Of a DNA stretch of 64,000 bases, positions 34,788-44,057 are shown piece after piece. Made by a program: the position numbers and the translations under genes. Source of the stretch: Gemmatimonadales bacterium (GTDB lineage Bacteria > Gemmatimonadota > Gemmatimonadetes > Gemmatimonadales > GWC2-71-9); NCBI GenBank assembly GCA_035637455.1, contig DASPXE010000305.1, positions 3,253-67,252 on the forward strand, written 5' to 3'. How positions within the stretch are numbered: the stretch's first letter is position 1; every line of letters begins with the position of its first letter. The notes under the pieces are model-generated. The model did no database searches, was not told where the DNA came from, and saw nothing but the letters and a program-made list of their open reading frames with translations.

Positions 34788-35716
34788 GCGCGAGCGTCCC
34801 GCCCCGCCCGCGCACGGCGTGGCGCCGCTGGGGCTACCGACTGCTGCCGGGCGATGGGTTCTCCTACGTGCTGCACCTCCGCCCTGCCGAATGGCCGATC
34901 ATGGCGGCGCATACGGCGCTCGGCTACCTGCTGGCCGTAGGGATGCCGGGCGCGGCGCGGGGCGAGCGGCTGGTGCCGGCGCTCTGGGCGCTCGTCATCT
35001 GGGTGATCTTCCTCAACGGCGGCACGCTCGCGATCAATAGCGTGTTCGACAAGGACGAGGGCGATATCGGCTATCTGATCGCGCCGCCGCCCATTCCCAA
35101 GCACCTGCTGCTCTTCAGCAGCGCGCTGCTCGTGGGGGGCCAGCTGCTCGCGTTCACCCTGCCGCCCGCGTTCCGCATCGTGTACGCGCTCTGCTTCGCG
35201 ATGTCCGTCCTGTATTCGGTGCCGCCGTTCCGGTTCAAAGCGGTGGCCGGCGTGGACTGGTTGATCAACATGTGGGGGTTCGGCTCGTTTACGCCCTTTG
35301 CAACGTGGGCGGCGACCGGGCGATCGCTCGACCTCGGTCACGCCCTGCTGCTGCTCGGCTTCTGCCCCCTGTTCGCGGGGCTCTATCCGCTCACCCAGCT
35401 GTATCAATTGGATGAAGATCGCCGGCGGGGCGATCGGACCCTGGCGTTGATCCTCGGCATGCGGCGCAGTCTCGGCGTCGCGATCGCCTGTGTGCTCGCG
35501 GCATTTGCGTTGTTTCTGTGGGCCGCGGTCGTGTTGGGCGCCGGGACGTGGGCCGGCGCGCTGAGCGTGCCGCTGGCGGTGTGGCTCGGCGTGCTCGCGC
35601 CCTGGTACGCGCGGCACGCCGGCTGGGCCCCGGCCCAGCATCAACGCGCCATGTATCGGGCGTTGACGGCTTGGGCGGTGACGGACGTTACCGTCCTCGC
35701 GGTGTTTGCCCGGTGA
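34781..35716 (+). CDS. UbiA-family prenyltransferase (second copy)
   Basis: GTG 34781 overlaps coaX by 7 nt. NSVFDKDEGD and LYQLDEDRRRGD Asp-rich motifs. Multi-pass membrane protein. Confidence 0.65.
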   Translation: MVGASVPPRPRTAWRRWGYRLLPGDGFSYVLHLRPAEWPIMAAHTALGYLLAVGMPGAARGERLVPALWALVIWVIFLNGGTLAINSVFDKDEGDIGYLIAPPPIPKHLLLFSSALLVGGQLLAFTLPPAFRIVYALCFAMSVLYSVPPFRFKAVAGVDWLINMWGFGSFTPFATWAATGRSLDLGHALLLLGFCPLFAGLYPLTQLYQLDEDRRRGDRTLALILGMRRSLGVAIACVLAAFALFLWAAVVLGAGTWAGALSVPLAVWLGVLAPWYARHAGWAPAQHQRAMYRALTAWAVTDVTVLAVFAR

Positions 35717-35771
35717 GACCCCGAGCATAGATTTCCCGAGCCCAACCTTCCTCACGAGGACCTTCAGGCGC

Positions 35772-36386
35772 ATGTCGACTACGGCGACACCCGCGACATC
35801 GGACCGCTCGGACTTTCGCACCGTCATGGTGGGGGGCACCCAGGTCGGTGTCCTCACGGCCGTCGCCGTGGTGGCGTTTCTCGCCGTGTCCCGTCAGGTG
35901 CCAGCGGTCGTGCCGCAGAGCCTGCTCGAGACGTTGATCGTCCTGGCAGCAGGGATCGCGGTGAGCTTCCTTCCCGGCCGGTTGACCGAGGCGCGGCACG
36001 TCGAGGGTATCGCGGGCGCCGCCGCGATCGGGCTGTGGGGAACGGTCGTCTTCATGGCGCTCGACATCGTGCTGCTGCGGCCGTTCAAGGCCTACCCCTG
36101 GACCTGGGACGCCGTTGGCGGCGGCAGCACGTGGTGGTACTTGCCGATCTGGTGGATGCTCGGGACCGCGCTCGCCTGGACCGGAGCGATCGTCATGGCG
36201 GATCGGGCGGCGCGGGGCGACCCGGCGCTCGTCCGCGCCGCGACGCCGACCGTCGCCGGTGCGGTGCTGCTCGCGGCGGTCGCGCGGCTCGCCGGGCTCC
36301 CCGTGGCGCTGCCGGTCGCGACCGGCGCGGGCTTCGCGCTAACGCTGGCGGTGCGCGCCGTCGTCGCGCTCGTCCGCAAGCGGTAG
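35772..36386 (+). CDS. multi-pass membrane protein, unknown function
   Basis: ORF 35706..36386 trimmed to ATG 35772. About 5 hydrophobic segments. No family recognised. Confidence 0.5.
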   Translation: MSTTATPATSDRSDFRTVMVGGTQVGVLTAVAVVAFLAVSRQVPAVVPQSLLETLIVLAAGIAVSFLPGRLTEARHVEGIAGAAAIGLWGTVVFMALDIVLLRPFKAYPWTWDAVGGGSTWWYLPIWWMLGTALAWTGAIVMADRAARGDPALVRAATPTVAGAVLLAAVARLAGLPVALPVATGAGFALTLAVRAVVALVRKR

Positions 36387-36417
36387 GGCAGAGCGGAGGG
36401 GAAGGGGGGACGGCGCC

Positions 36418-36702
36418 GTGCCCCGTTGGCTCGCGCATCTGCTCATCGTGTTGGGCTGGCTGGTCACGCCGCTGCTCGCGTGGGGAGCCTCGTACGCCGG
36501 GTTGTGGGTAGGCGCGCTCGTGGGCACCCGATTCGCCCAGCCGCTCACCATGCTGGCGGTCGCGGGCCTCGGCGCGGCGTTGTTCGGGTTCAGCGCGCTC
36601 GCGCTGTGGGTCCGGTTCATGCGACGGGTGCCGCACCTCCTCTCCCATCACATGGCGCCGCGCCCGTCGCAGGAGCAAGCCGCCGTTGCCGCGGCGGACT
36701 GA
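36418..36702 (+). CDS. small two/three-TM membrane protein, unknown function
   Basis: 94-aa ORF (GTG start) with hydrophobic segments LAHLLIVLGWLVTPLLAW and LTMLAVAGLGAALFGFSALALWV. Overlaps the next gene by 17 nt. Confidence 0.4.
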   Translation: MPRWLAHLLIVLGWLVTPLLAWGASYAGLWVGALVGTRFAQPLTMLAVAGLGAALFGFSALALWVRFMRRVPHLLSHHMAPRPSQEQAAVAAAD

Positions 36703-37672
36703 GCGCGTCGCACTGCTGTTGCTCCCGCTCGCGCCGGCGGCGCTCACCGCCCAGGGGCGAGGCTTGGAGTTTCACGTCGGCCGGTGGTACAACGGCAACC
36801 GCGCGGACACCTACGAATTCCGGACCAATGCCCGTCTCGGTGCGGGGACGACCTTCACGCAGGGGTTCGGGGTCTCCGTGCTCGTGAACGACACCCTGGG
36901 TCACCGTCGTGCCTTTTACGGCGTGGGCTACGAGATCCAAGGGTGGCGCGGGCGGTCGAGCCTCGGTCCCTACGCCCTCGCCGGCGTCGCCCTCGGCTTG
37001 TCCACCGATACTAGCGGTCGGAAGCTCGCCGCCCAATGGAGCGTGGGCGGCGGAGTGGAGTGGCGCCCGTTCGCATGGCTCGCAGCGGGGAGCGAGCTGC
37101 GCTACCGACTGGAGGACCGCGGGCCACGTGGCTTCTGGCGACCCGGCAGCACCGCGCGCAAGGGCGTCAGCGCTGCGCTCGGGATCTCGATCGGATTGGG
37201 CAAGGGGGAGCGGGGCAGGGGGCGGGGTGACGCCGGAGCCCCGCCCGAGCTTCCTCCCGCCGCTCCACCTACGACGATCACGGGGAACGCCGTCGACGTG
37301 GTGCAAACCGCTCTCGAGTCGCTCGGTACGCCGTACGTTTGGGGGGGAACCGCCGACAACGGCTTCGACTGCTCGGGGCTGGTCCAATATGCGTACGGCC
37401 AGCACGGGATCCGCCTGCCGCGCATGAGCCGCGACCAGGCGCGCGCCGGCGCGGAAGTCGCGCCCGTGGTGGACGCGCTGCGACCGGGCGACATCTTGCT
37501 GTTCGCGGCGCAGCCCGGCTCGGGTGTGACTCATGTAGGGATGTACGTCGGCGAGTGGAAGTTCATCCACAGCTCGAACCGGGGCGTGAAGCTGTCCCGA
37601 CTCGACGTGCGGGACCCAGAGGGGGCGTACTGGCTGGACCGCTGGGTGGGGGCGAGGCGGATCATACCGTGA
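36686..37672 (+). CDS. NlpC/P60 (C40) peptidoglycan peptidase with N-terminal beta-rich domain
   Basis: Signal peptide ...LLLLPLAPAALTAQG. C-terminal GTPYVWGGTADNGFDCSGLVQYAY ... VTHVGMYVG (Cys-His catalytic pair). Confidence 0.8.
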   Translation: MPRRTERVALLLLPLAPAALTAQGRGLEFHVGRWYNGNRADTYEFRTNARLGAGTTFTQGFGVSVLVNDTLGHRRAFYGVGYEIQGWRGRSSLGPYALAGVALGLSTDTSGRKLAAQWSVGGGVEWRPFAWLAAGSELRYRLEDRGPRGFWRPGSTARKGVSAALGISIGLGKGERGRGRGDAGAPPELPPAAPPTTITGNAVDVVQTALESLGTPYVWGGTADNGFDCSGLVQYAYGQHGIRLPRMSRDQARAGAEVAPVVDALRPGDILLFAAQPGSGVTHVGMYVGEWKFIHSSNRGVKLSRLDVRDPEGAYWLDRWVGARRIIP

Positions 37673-37683
37673 CACGTTCCACG

Positions 37684-38121
37684 ATGCCAAGACGGCCAGG
37701 TGTACCGCGTTGGGTTCCTGTGGATCGTTGCGTCGTGCCGCTTGTCACGATTCTCAGCGCCTGCGCTCCCGCCACCGGCTACCGTGCACCCACGTCGGTC
37801 CGTGGCTACGAGATCCTCATCGGCCGCCAAGATTCCCTGAGCCGAGAGGTCGGCCGGGGGCTCAAGCGCCGCGGGTATACGGTTCGCACCGCGGTGCGAG
37901 GTGGCGGTACCGCCACTGCCTATCTGCTCTCGTTCACTCAGCGGGAGCCCGAGCCCGGCGCGGCGACCTGGCTGTATGTCCGGCTCGCCGACACCCGCAC
38001 CGGGGCCATCGTCGCAGCGGTGTCCGCCCCCCGGGACTCTCTGGGAGCGACGGTCGAGGCCCGCGCGCGGGCGATCGTCGATTCCCTCACACAGCGACCT
38101 CCCCTCAGCCCCCCGCTCTGA
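37684..38121 (+). CDS. lipoprotein, unknown function
   Basis: ORF 37339..38121 trimmed to ATG 37684. Lipobox VTILSAC. Confidence 0.5.
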   Translation: MPRRPGVPRWVPVDRCVVPLVTILSACAPATGYRAPTSVRGYEILIGRQDSLSREVGRGLKRRGYTVRTAVRGGGTATAYLLSFTQREPEPGAATWLYVRLADTRTGAIVAAVSAPRDSLGATVEARARAIVDSLTQRPPLSPPL

Positions 38122-38129
38122 CCCCCCAC

Positions 38130-38158
38130 TTGACTTACGACGGCAGAGGGGAGAGATT
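38130..38158 (+). promoter_or_regulatory. candidate groESL promoter
   Basis: TTGACT (38130-38135), 17-nt spacer, GAGATT (38153-38158). The CIRCE element starts 14 nt downstream. Confidence 0.55.
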
Positions 38159-38171
38159 CCCCGCGGTTCTC

Positions 38172-38198
38172 TTAGCACTCACTTCGCCAGAGTGCTAA
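38172..38198. promoter_or_regulatory. CIRCE operator (HrcA binding site)
   Basis: TTAGCACTC-N9-GAGTGCTAA. Both arms match the published CIRCE consensus perfectly. About 50 nt upstream of groES. Confidence 0.92.
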
Positions 38199-38246
38199 TC
38201 GCAATACGAAACAAGCACTTACAGAGTACAGCGGAGGTCTAGCACC

Positions 38247-38561
38247 ATGGCTACTGCGACCACGAGCAAGACCAAGCTGAAGGTCTTCCCGCTCGCCGAC
38301 CGGGTGGCGATCCGGCCGATCGAGGAGACGGAGCAGATGAAGGGTGGGCTGTACATCCCGGACACGGCCAAGGAGAAGCCGATTCAGGGCGAAGTACTCG
38401 CCGTAGGTCCCGGTCGGCGCGAGAAAGGGGAGCTGGTCCCGCTCGAGCTCAAGGTGGGCGATCGCGTGGTGTACGGGAAGTACAGCGGCACCCAGGTGGA
38501 GCTCGAAGGTGAGGAGATCATCCTGATCAAGGAATCCGACGTCATCGCCAAGCTCGGCTGA
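38247..38561 (+). CDS. groES: co-chaperonin GroES
   Basis: 104 aa. [42 protein letters not shown]. Confidence 0.95.
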   Translation: MATATTSKTKLKVFPLADRVAIRPIEETEQMKGGLYIPDTAKEKPIQGEVLAVGPGRREKGELVPLELKVGDRVVYGKYSGTQVELEGEEIILIKESDVIAKLG

Positions 38562-38580
38562 GTTCTAGGAGGAATACGCA

Positions 38581-40218
38581 ATGCCTGCGAAGCAACTGGA
38601 GTTCAACACCGAGGCCCGCGCCCGGCTGAAGCGGGGCGTGGACCAGTTGGCCGAAGCGGTGAAGGTCACGCTCGGCCCCAAGGGTAGGAACGTCGTCATC
38701 GACAAGAAGTTCGGTAACCCGACGGTGACTAAGGACGGCGTCACCGTGGCCAAAGAGATCGAGCTCGAGGATCCGATCGAGAACATGGGCGCCCAGATGG
38801 TGAAGGAAGTGGCGACCAAGACATCGGATCTGGCGGGCGACGGCACGACCACGGCGACCGTGTTGGCCCAGGCGATCTTCCGTGAAGGTCTCAAGTCCGT
38901 GACCGCCGGCTCGAACCCGATGTCGCTCAAGCGCGGGATCGAGCGCGCCGTGGAGACTGTGGTGGAGGAGCTGAAGAAAATCTCGGTGCCCACGGCGGGG
39001 CGGAAGGAGATCGCCCAAGTCGGCGCCATCTCGGCGAACAACGACAAGGAGATCGGCAACCTGATCGCCGAGGCGATGGAAAAGGTGGGGAAGGACGGGG
39101 TGATCACGGTCGAGGAGGCGAAGGGCCTCGAGACCACCCTCGAGACCGTGGACGGGATGCAGTTCGACCGCGGCTATCTCTCGCCCTACTTCATCACCGA
39201 TCCGGAGAAGATGGAGGCGGTGCTGGAGGACGCCTACGTTCTGATCCACGACAAGAAGGTCTCCACGATGAAGGACCTGCTGCCGATCCTCGAGAAGGTG
39301 GCGCAGGCCGGCCGGCCGTTGCTCATTATCGCGGAGGACGTCGAGGGCGAGGCGCTGGCGACGCTCGTGGTCAACAAGCTCCGTGGCACGCTGAAAGTCT
39401 GTGGCGTCAAGGCGCCCGGCTTCGGTGACCGCCGCAAGGAGATGCTGATCGACATCGCGGTGCTGACCGGCGCACCCCAGGTCATCTCCGAAGAGATGGG
39501 CCTGAAGCTCGAGAACGCCGTGCTGGGCGACCTCGGCCAAGCCAAGCGGATCGTGGTCGACAAGGACAACACGACCATCGTGGGCGGCAAGGGCAAGCGC
39601 GAGGCGATCCAGGGCCGCATCAAGGAGATCAAGGCGGCGATCGACAAGTCCACGTCGGACTACGACAAGGAGAAGCTGCAGGAGCGGCTCGCGAAGCTCG
39701 CGGGCGGTGTCGCAGTCATCAACGTGGGCGCGGCCACCGAGACCGAAATGAAGGAGAAGAAGGCCCGCGTGGAGGACGCGTTGCACGCCACCCGCGCGGC
39801 GGTCGAGGAGGGCATCGTGCCGGGGGGCGGTGTGGCGCTGCTGTTCGCCCAGAAAGCGCTGGACAAGGTGAAGACGGCGGATGACGACGAGAAGATCGGC
39901 GTCGAGATCGTGCGCCGCTCGCTCGAAGAGCCGATGCGGATGATCGCGCAGAACGCGGGTGCCGAGGCCTCGATCGTCGTCGGCAAGGTGAAAGAGTCGA
40001 AAGACAAGAACTTCGGCTACAACGCCCAGACCGACTCGTTCGAGGATCTCGTCGTGGCGGGGGTCATCGACCCGACCAAGGTCACGCGCACCGCGCTGCA
40101 GAACGCCGCATCCATCGCCAGCCTGCTCCTCACCACCGAGTGCGTGGTGGTGGAGAAGAAGGAGAAGGAAAAGGCTCCGCCGATGCCCGGTGGCGGCGGC
40201 ATGGGCGGGATGTACTGA
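38581..40218 (+). CDS. groEL: chaperonin GroEL
   Basis: 545 aa. [50 protein letters not shown]-terminal GGGGMGGMY. Confidence 0.97.
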   Translation: MPAKQLEFNTEARARLKRGVDQLAEAVKVTLGPKGRNVVIDKKFGNPTVTKDGVTVAKEIELEDPIENMGAQMVKEVATKTSDLAGDGTTTATVLAQAIFREGLKSVTAGSNPMSLKRGIERAVETVVEELKKISVPTAGRKEIAQVGAISANNDKEIGNLIAEAMEKVGKDGVITVEEAKGLETTLETVDGMQFDRGYLSPYFITDPEKMEAVLEDAYVLIHDKKVSTMKDLLPILEKVAQAGRPLLIIAEDVEGEALATLVVNKLRGTLKVCGVKAPGFGDRRKEMLIDIAVLTGAPQVISEEMGLKLENAVLGDLGQAKRIVVDKDNTTIVGGKGKREAIQGRIKEIKAAIDKSTSDYDKEKLQERLAKLAGGVAVINVGAATETEMKEKKARVEDALHATRAAVEEGIVPGGGVALLFAQKALDKVKTADDDEKIGVEIVRRSLEEPMRMIAQNAGAEASIVVGKVKESKDKNFGYNAQTDSFEDLVVAGVIDPTKVTRTALQNAASIASLLLTTECVVVEKKEKEKAPPMPGGGGMGGMY

Positions 40219-40245
40219 TAGAGGCACTGACGCACGGACGCAACG

Positions 40246-40277
40246 GAGCGCCCCGGGGTGCAATCCCCGGGGCGCTC
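40246..40277 (+). terminator. groESL terminator hairpin
   Basis: Perfect 13-bp stem GAGCGCCCCGGGG / CCCCGGGGCGCTC with loop TGCAAT, 28 nt after the groEL stop. Only a weak T-tract follows (TCGTT). Confidence 0.6.
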
Positions 40278-40321
40278 TCGTTCACCGGCGTGGCCAGCGT
40301 CCCCGAGGTGTATCTTTAGCT

Positions 40322-42391
40322 GTGCCCGCATCGCCCCCTTCCGCGGATGGTCCCGGGCGCGCCGCCCTGTCGCGCGACCTCGGGGATTTCCTGATCGAGC
40401 TATCCATCGCCCTCCACAAGCACGCCATGTATCCCGAGGGCCACCCGTCGCTCGCGCCGGCGGCCGCGGGCGTGACGCGCCGGGCCGCGCTGTTGCTCGA
40501 GAACCGCTCGACCCTGTCGCTGGGCGTCGCGCGCCGGCAGCTCGTCATCGAGGGGATCGCCACCGACCCGAAGCATCCGGTGTTGGGCGAGCTCGCCGAG
40601 CGGCTGCATCGGCACCACTTGGGCGCCCTGACCTTCCGCAAGGGTGTCGAGCCGGCGGAAGTGGCTGACGTCCTCAAGACCCTGGCGGTCGACGCGGAGC
40701 GCGCCGGGCAGCCGCTGGGCCTCGGCGACCCCGAGCGGCTGCGCGCCTGGCCCCACGTCCAGCTGCACTCGCTCACCTACGAGCGCCTCGAGCTGGTCGG
40801 CGAGGGCGCGCCCTCGGAAGGGGCGCGAGCAGCGCAGCTCTGGGTCGGCCTCGCGCGGGCGGCGCTGGCCCTGCAGCCCGACGACGACCAGCCCATGCCG
40901 ACCGAGCCGGCGGTGATCGCTCGGGCGATCGACGCCCACGAGCGCGGCGCCACCGCCTACGACCAGGTTATCGTGGGCTACCTGCTGCAAATCGCCGAGG
41001 AGCTCAAGACCGCGGGGACCGCGGAGGCGATGGCGCTGCGGCGCCGCATGTCCCATCTCGTGCGCTCGCTTAAACCCGAGACGCTGCGGCGGCTGGTCGA
41101 AATGGGCGGCGATTTCGTCCAGCGGCGCAAGTTCGTGCTGGACGCCGCGGCGGGGATGGCTGTAGACGCGGTGCTCGAGATCCTCAAAGCGGCCGCCGAC
41201 ACCTCGCAGCGGACGATCTCCCATTCGCTCGTTCGCCTGCTCTCGAAGCTCGCGGCGCACGCGGACGGCGGGAGCCCGGAGATCCGGGAGGAAGCCGACC
41301 ACGCGTTGCGCGAGCAGGTTCAGGAGCTGCTCCGGGGGTGGACGCTTTCAGACCCGAACCCCGGCGTATACAGCGCGGCGCTCGAGCGCATGGCGCGGGC
41401 CGCCCCCCTGTTCGTCGCCCCGCCCGAGGGCGGATACCCAGCGGAGCCCGACCGCGTAGTGGCCATGGCGCTGGAGGTGGAAGTGGTGGGACCGCGCACG
41501 CTCCCGGCGGTCGACCGCGTCGTCCATGAGGGGCGGCTCGCGCAGCTGCTCGACGCCCTGGCCCAGCTGCCGGCGACGAGTGCCGCCGCCGCGCGGGTGT
41601 GGGGACGGGTCGCCACGGCGGACGTGGTCGGGCGCGTCGTGGCGACGGAGCCGGTGGACTTCAAGGTCCTCGACCGGCTGGTGCCGCGCGTCGGGTCGCC
41701 CGCGGCGGCTCCGTTGCTCGACGCGCTCGCGGCGGCGGAGTCACGCGGCACGCGTCGTGGCCTCCTGGCCCAGCTCGCGCATATGGGGGCCGAGATCGGG
41801 TCGGTCGTCGTGGCGCGGCTGGAGGACCCGCGCTGGTACGTCACCCGAAACATGCTCGCTTTGCTGGACGAGCTCCCGGCGGTGCCCCAGGGGTTTTCGC
41901 CGGCGCGGTACACGCGGCATGACGATGCGCGCGTGCGCTGGCAGGCCGTGAAGCTGCAGCTCAAGCTGCCCGCTGAGCGCGACGCGGCGCTGGTCACGGC
42001 GCTCAAGGACCGCGAGCCGCGCATCATGCGGCTGGCGCTCGGGCTGCTGGTAGCGCTGCAGGAGTGCCCGGAGGTCGTGGTGCCCCCGCTGGTGAGTCAC
42101 GCCACCGATCGTACGCTGGCGTCGGATCTGCGGGTGCTGGCGATCCGAGCGCTGGGCGGCACGAGCGCGCCCGCAGCGCTCGAGGCGCTGCTGCGGCTCA
42201 CGTCGGCCGGCCGGACGCTGTTCTGGCGCGAGCGGCTCCCGCCCAAGTCGCCGGAGGTGGTGGTCGCGCTCTCGGCGCTCGCGACCGGCTGGCGCAGGGA
42301 CGCGCGGGCCGCCGCGCGGTTGGCCCGTGCCGCCGCCTCGAGCGATCCGGAGATGCGCGCCGCCGCGCGCACGGCCAGAGCACTGCGGTGA
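40322..42391 (+). CDS. sensor-like N-terminal module plus HEAT-repeat protein (paralogue of the 17470 gene)
   Basis: In-frame part of ORF 40190..42391 from GTG 40322, after the groEL terminator. N-terminal IALHKHAMYPEGHPSL... C-terminal HEAT-like repeats ...RWYVTRNMLALLDEL..., ...DARVRWQAVKLQL..., ...EPRIMRLALGLL..., ...DLRVLAIRALGG.... Confidence 0.6.
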   Translation: MPASPPSADGPGRAALSRDLGDFLIELSIALHKHAMYPEGHPSLAPAAAGVTRRAALLLENRSTLSLGVARRQLVIEGIATDPKHPVLGELAERLHRHHLGALTFRKGVEPAEVADVLKTLAVDAERAGQPLGLGDPERLRAWPHVQLHSLTYERLELVGEGAPSEGARAAQLWVGLARAALALQPDDDQPMPTEPAVIARAIDAHERGATAYDQVIVGYLLQIAEELKTAGTAEAMALRRRMSHLVRSLKPETLRRLVEMGGDFVQRRKFVLDAAAGMAVDAVLEILKAAADTSQRTISHSLVRLLSKLAAHADGGSPEIREEADHALREQVQELLRGWTLSDPNPGVYSAALERMARAAPLFVAPPEGGYPAEPDRVVAMALEVEVVGPRTLPAVDRVVHEGRLAQLLDALAQLPATSAAAARVWGRVATADVVGRVVATEPVDFKVLDRLVPRVGSPAAAPLLDALAAAESRGTRRGLLAQLAHMGAEIGSVVVARLEDPRWYVTRNMLALLDELPAVPQGFSPARYTRHDDARVRWQAVKLQLKLPAERDAALVTALKDREPRIMRLALGLLVALQECPEVVVPPLVSHATDRTLASDLRVLAIRALGGTSAPAALEALLRLTSAGRTLFWRERLPPKSPEVVVALSALATGWRRDARAAARLARAAASSDPEMRAAARTARALR

Positions 42392-43602
42392 GCGATCCCG
42401 CCGCCTTCCTCACGGCGTTTGCGCAGGCGCTGGCCACCATGACCCTCTACACCGCGGGCCATCCTGCCCGGGAGCGCGCGGTCGATACGGCGTACCGCGA
42501 GCTGCAGGACCTGCAGGCGGACACGCCGCATCCGCTGTTCACGTTCCTCGGAGACGAGATCGTGTACGGGCGCTTGCCGCTGCGGGACCTGAAGGCCTGG
42601 GACTGGTCGCGGCGTCTGGCGCAGGCGGGTATCGAGCGGCTCGAGTTCGAGGACCAGGTGGGCCGCGAGGAGTTCGCCGGATTCTTGGACGAGGTGCTGG
42701 CGCGCCTCACGCTGTCCGCCATCGACACGTCGGAAGCGCGGCAGATGCGCCACTCGAGCATCAAGTACGGTGCGGTGGGCGTGCGGGGAGAAGTCGAGCA
42801 GGCGGCGGTCCAGACGGCGACGATCAACTATTCCCTGGGCGAGGAAGCGGACGCGGTGCGGTGGTTTCAGGACGAGGTGAAGACGCGCGGCGTGCTGCCG
42901 CTGACAGAGGCGGAGGCGGTGGTGCGCTCGCTCGCCCTCGCCATGCGCGGCAGCCGCCACATCGTGATCCCGCTGCTCCAGTTGAAGGAGTTCGACCAGT
43001 ATACCACCACGCATTCGATGAACGTGGCGGTGCTCGCCATGGCGCTCGCCGAGTACCTGGGACTCGGCGCGCGCGACGTACGCGGCTTCGGTATCGCGGG
43101 GCTGCTGCACGACATCGGCAAGGTGCGCATTCCGATTGAGGTCTTGACCAAGCCGGGCAAGTTCACCGACGAGGAGCGGGCCCTCATGAACCAGCACCCC
43201 GCGGAAGGCGCGCGCATCATCCTGGACTCCGAGGAGCAGCTCGATCTCCCGGCCGTGGTGGCGTATGAGCATCACATCATGCTCAACGGCGACGGCTATC
43301 CCACGCTCACCTTCCGCCGCGACTGCCACTACGCCAGCAAGCTGGTGCACGTGTGCGACGTGTACGACGCGCTGCGCACCAACCGGCCGTACCGCGAGGC
43401 CTGGTCCCAGGAGCGCACCCTCGGGTATCTGGAGGGACGCGGCGGGATGGAGTTTGATCCGGAGATTGTGACCACGTTCGTACAGATGATGCGCAAGTGG
43501 GAGCCGCAGATCGCCGTGATGCGCGACGCGCAGGCTCCGGTGCTGGTGACGGGGGCGGCCGGCGGGGCTGGGGGGGCTGGGGGGGCTGGCGCCAACACCT
43601 GA
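42388..43602 (+). CDS. HD-GYP domain c-di-GMP phosphodiesterase with the same N-terminal module
   Basis: GTGA overlap. HSMNVAVLA, LLHDIGKVRIP, HHIMLNGDGYP (HD and GYP motifs). N-terminal ATMTLYTAGHPARERAV.... Confidence 0.85.
   Translation: MSDPAAFLTAFAQALATMTLYTAGHPARERAVDTAYRELQDLQADTPHPLFTFLGDEIVYGRLPLRDLKAWDWSRRLAQAGIERLEFEDQVGREEFAGFLDEVLARLTLSAIDTSEARQMRHSSIKYGAVGVRGEVEQAAVQTATINYSLGEEADAVRWFQDEVKTRGVLPLTEAEAVVRSLALAMRGSRHIVIPLLQLKEFDQYTTTHSMNVAVLAMALAEYLGLGARDVRGFGIAGLLHDIGKVRIPIEVLTKPGKFTDEERALMNQHPAEGARIILDSEEQLDLPAVVAYEHHIMLNGDGYPTLTFRRDCHYASKLVHVCDVYDALRTNRPYREAWSQERTLGYLEGRGGMEFDPEIVTTFVQMMRKWEPQIAVMRDAQAPVLVTGAAGGAGGAGGAGANT
43564..43589 (+). repeat. G-rich 9-nt tandem repeat (GGGGGGGCT-like) at the 3' end of the HD-GYP gene
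   Basis: ggggctg ggggggctg ggggggctgg, with G7 runs at 43570-76 and 43579-85. Encodes GAGGAGGAGA. Confidence 0.9.
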
Positions 43603-43630
43603 TCTCTCGTGTCGCTTCCGGGGTAGGTAT

Positions 43631-44053
43631 TTGACTACGACTCCCTGCAACGATTCTTCTGGACGGTTCTCCGTGACGCTTCTTCGGTTTTTGATCGTCG
43701 GTCTGCTTGCCTTCCCCCTCGGTTTGCGCGGTCAGGGCCGTCCCCGCCTCGAGGGCACGTGGCAGGCGAAGACGGAGGACGAGATCCGCAACATCATGGT
43801 CCGGAGCGACAGCTCCGCCCAGTTCGGCGACCAGGTGGCGCGGTGGCGTGTCGTCGGGGACAGCCTGTGGATCACGCTGGGCGACGGTGTCTGGCAAGTC
43901 TACGGCATGAAGCTCGGCGCCGACCGGCTCACGCTCGCGGGGGGCGACCTCGAGAAACCGGTGACGCTGCGGCGGGTCGGGCCGCCGAAGGCGCGGGCCG
44001 ACTCGGTCGCCATTCCGCCGCCGCCGCCCGCGACCGAGCGCGCCTGGGAGTGA
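43631..44053 (+). CDS. small exported protein, unknown function
   Basis: 140-aa ORF (TTG start). Hydrophobic signal-like LLRFLIVGLLAFPLGLRGQG. No family recognised. Confidence 0.45.
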   Translation: MTTTPCNDSSGRFSVTLLRFLIVGLLAFPLGLRGQGRPRLEGTWQAKTEDEIRNIMVRSDSSAQFGDQVARWRVVGDSLWITLGDGVWQVYGMKLGADRLTLAGGDLEKPVTLRRVGPPKARADSVAIPPPPPATERAWE

Positions 44054-44057
44054 CCGG

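Noticed and set aside
38542-40263. 573-aa ORF antisense to groEL, and several smaller ones within groEL.
   Set aside because: They lie opposite one of the most conserved genes known. The translations have no motifs and a His/Arg/Leu-rich composition typical of antisense frames.
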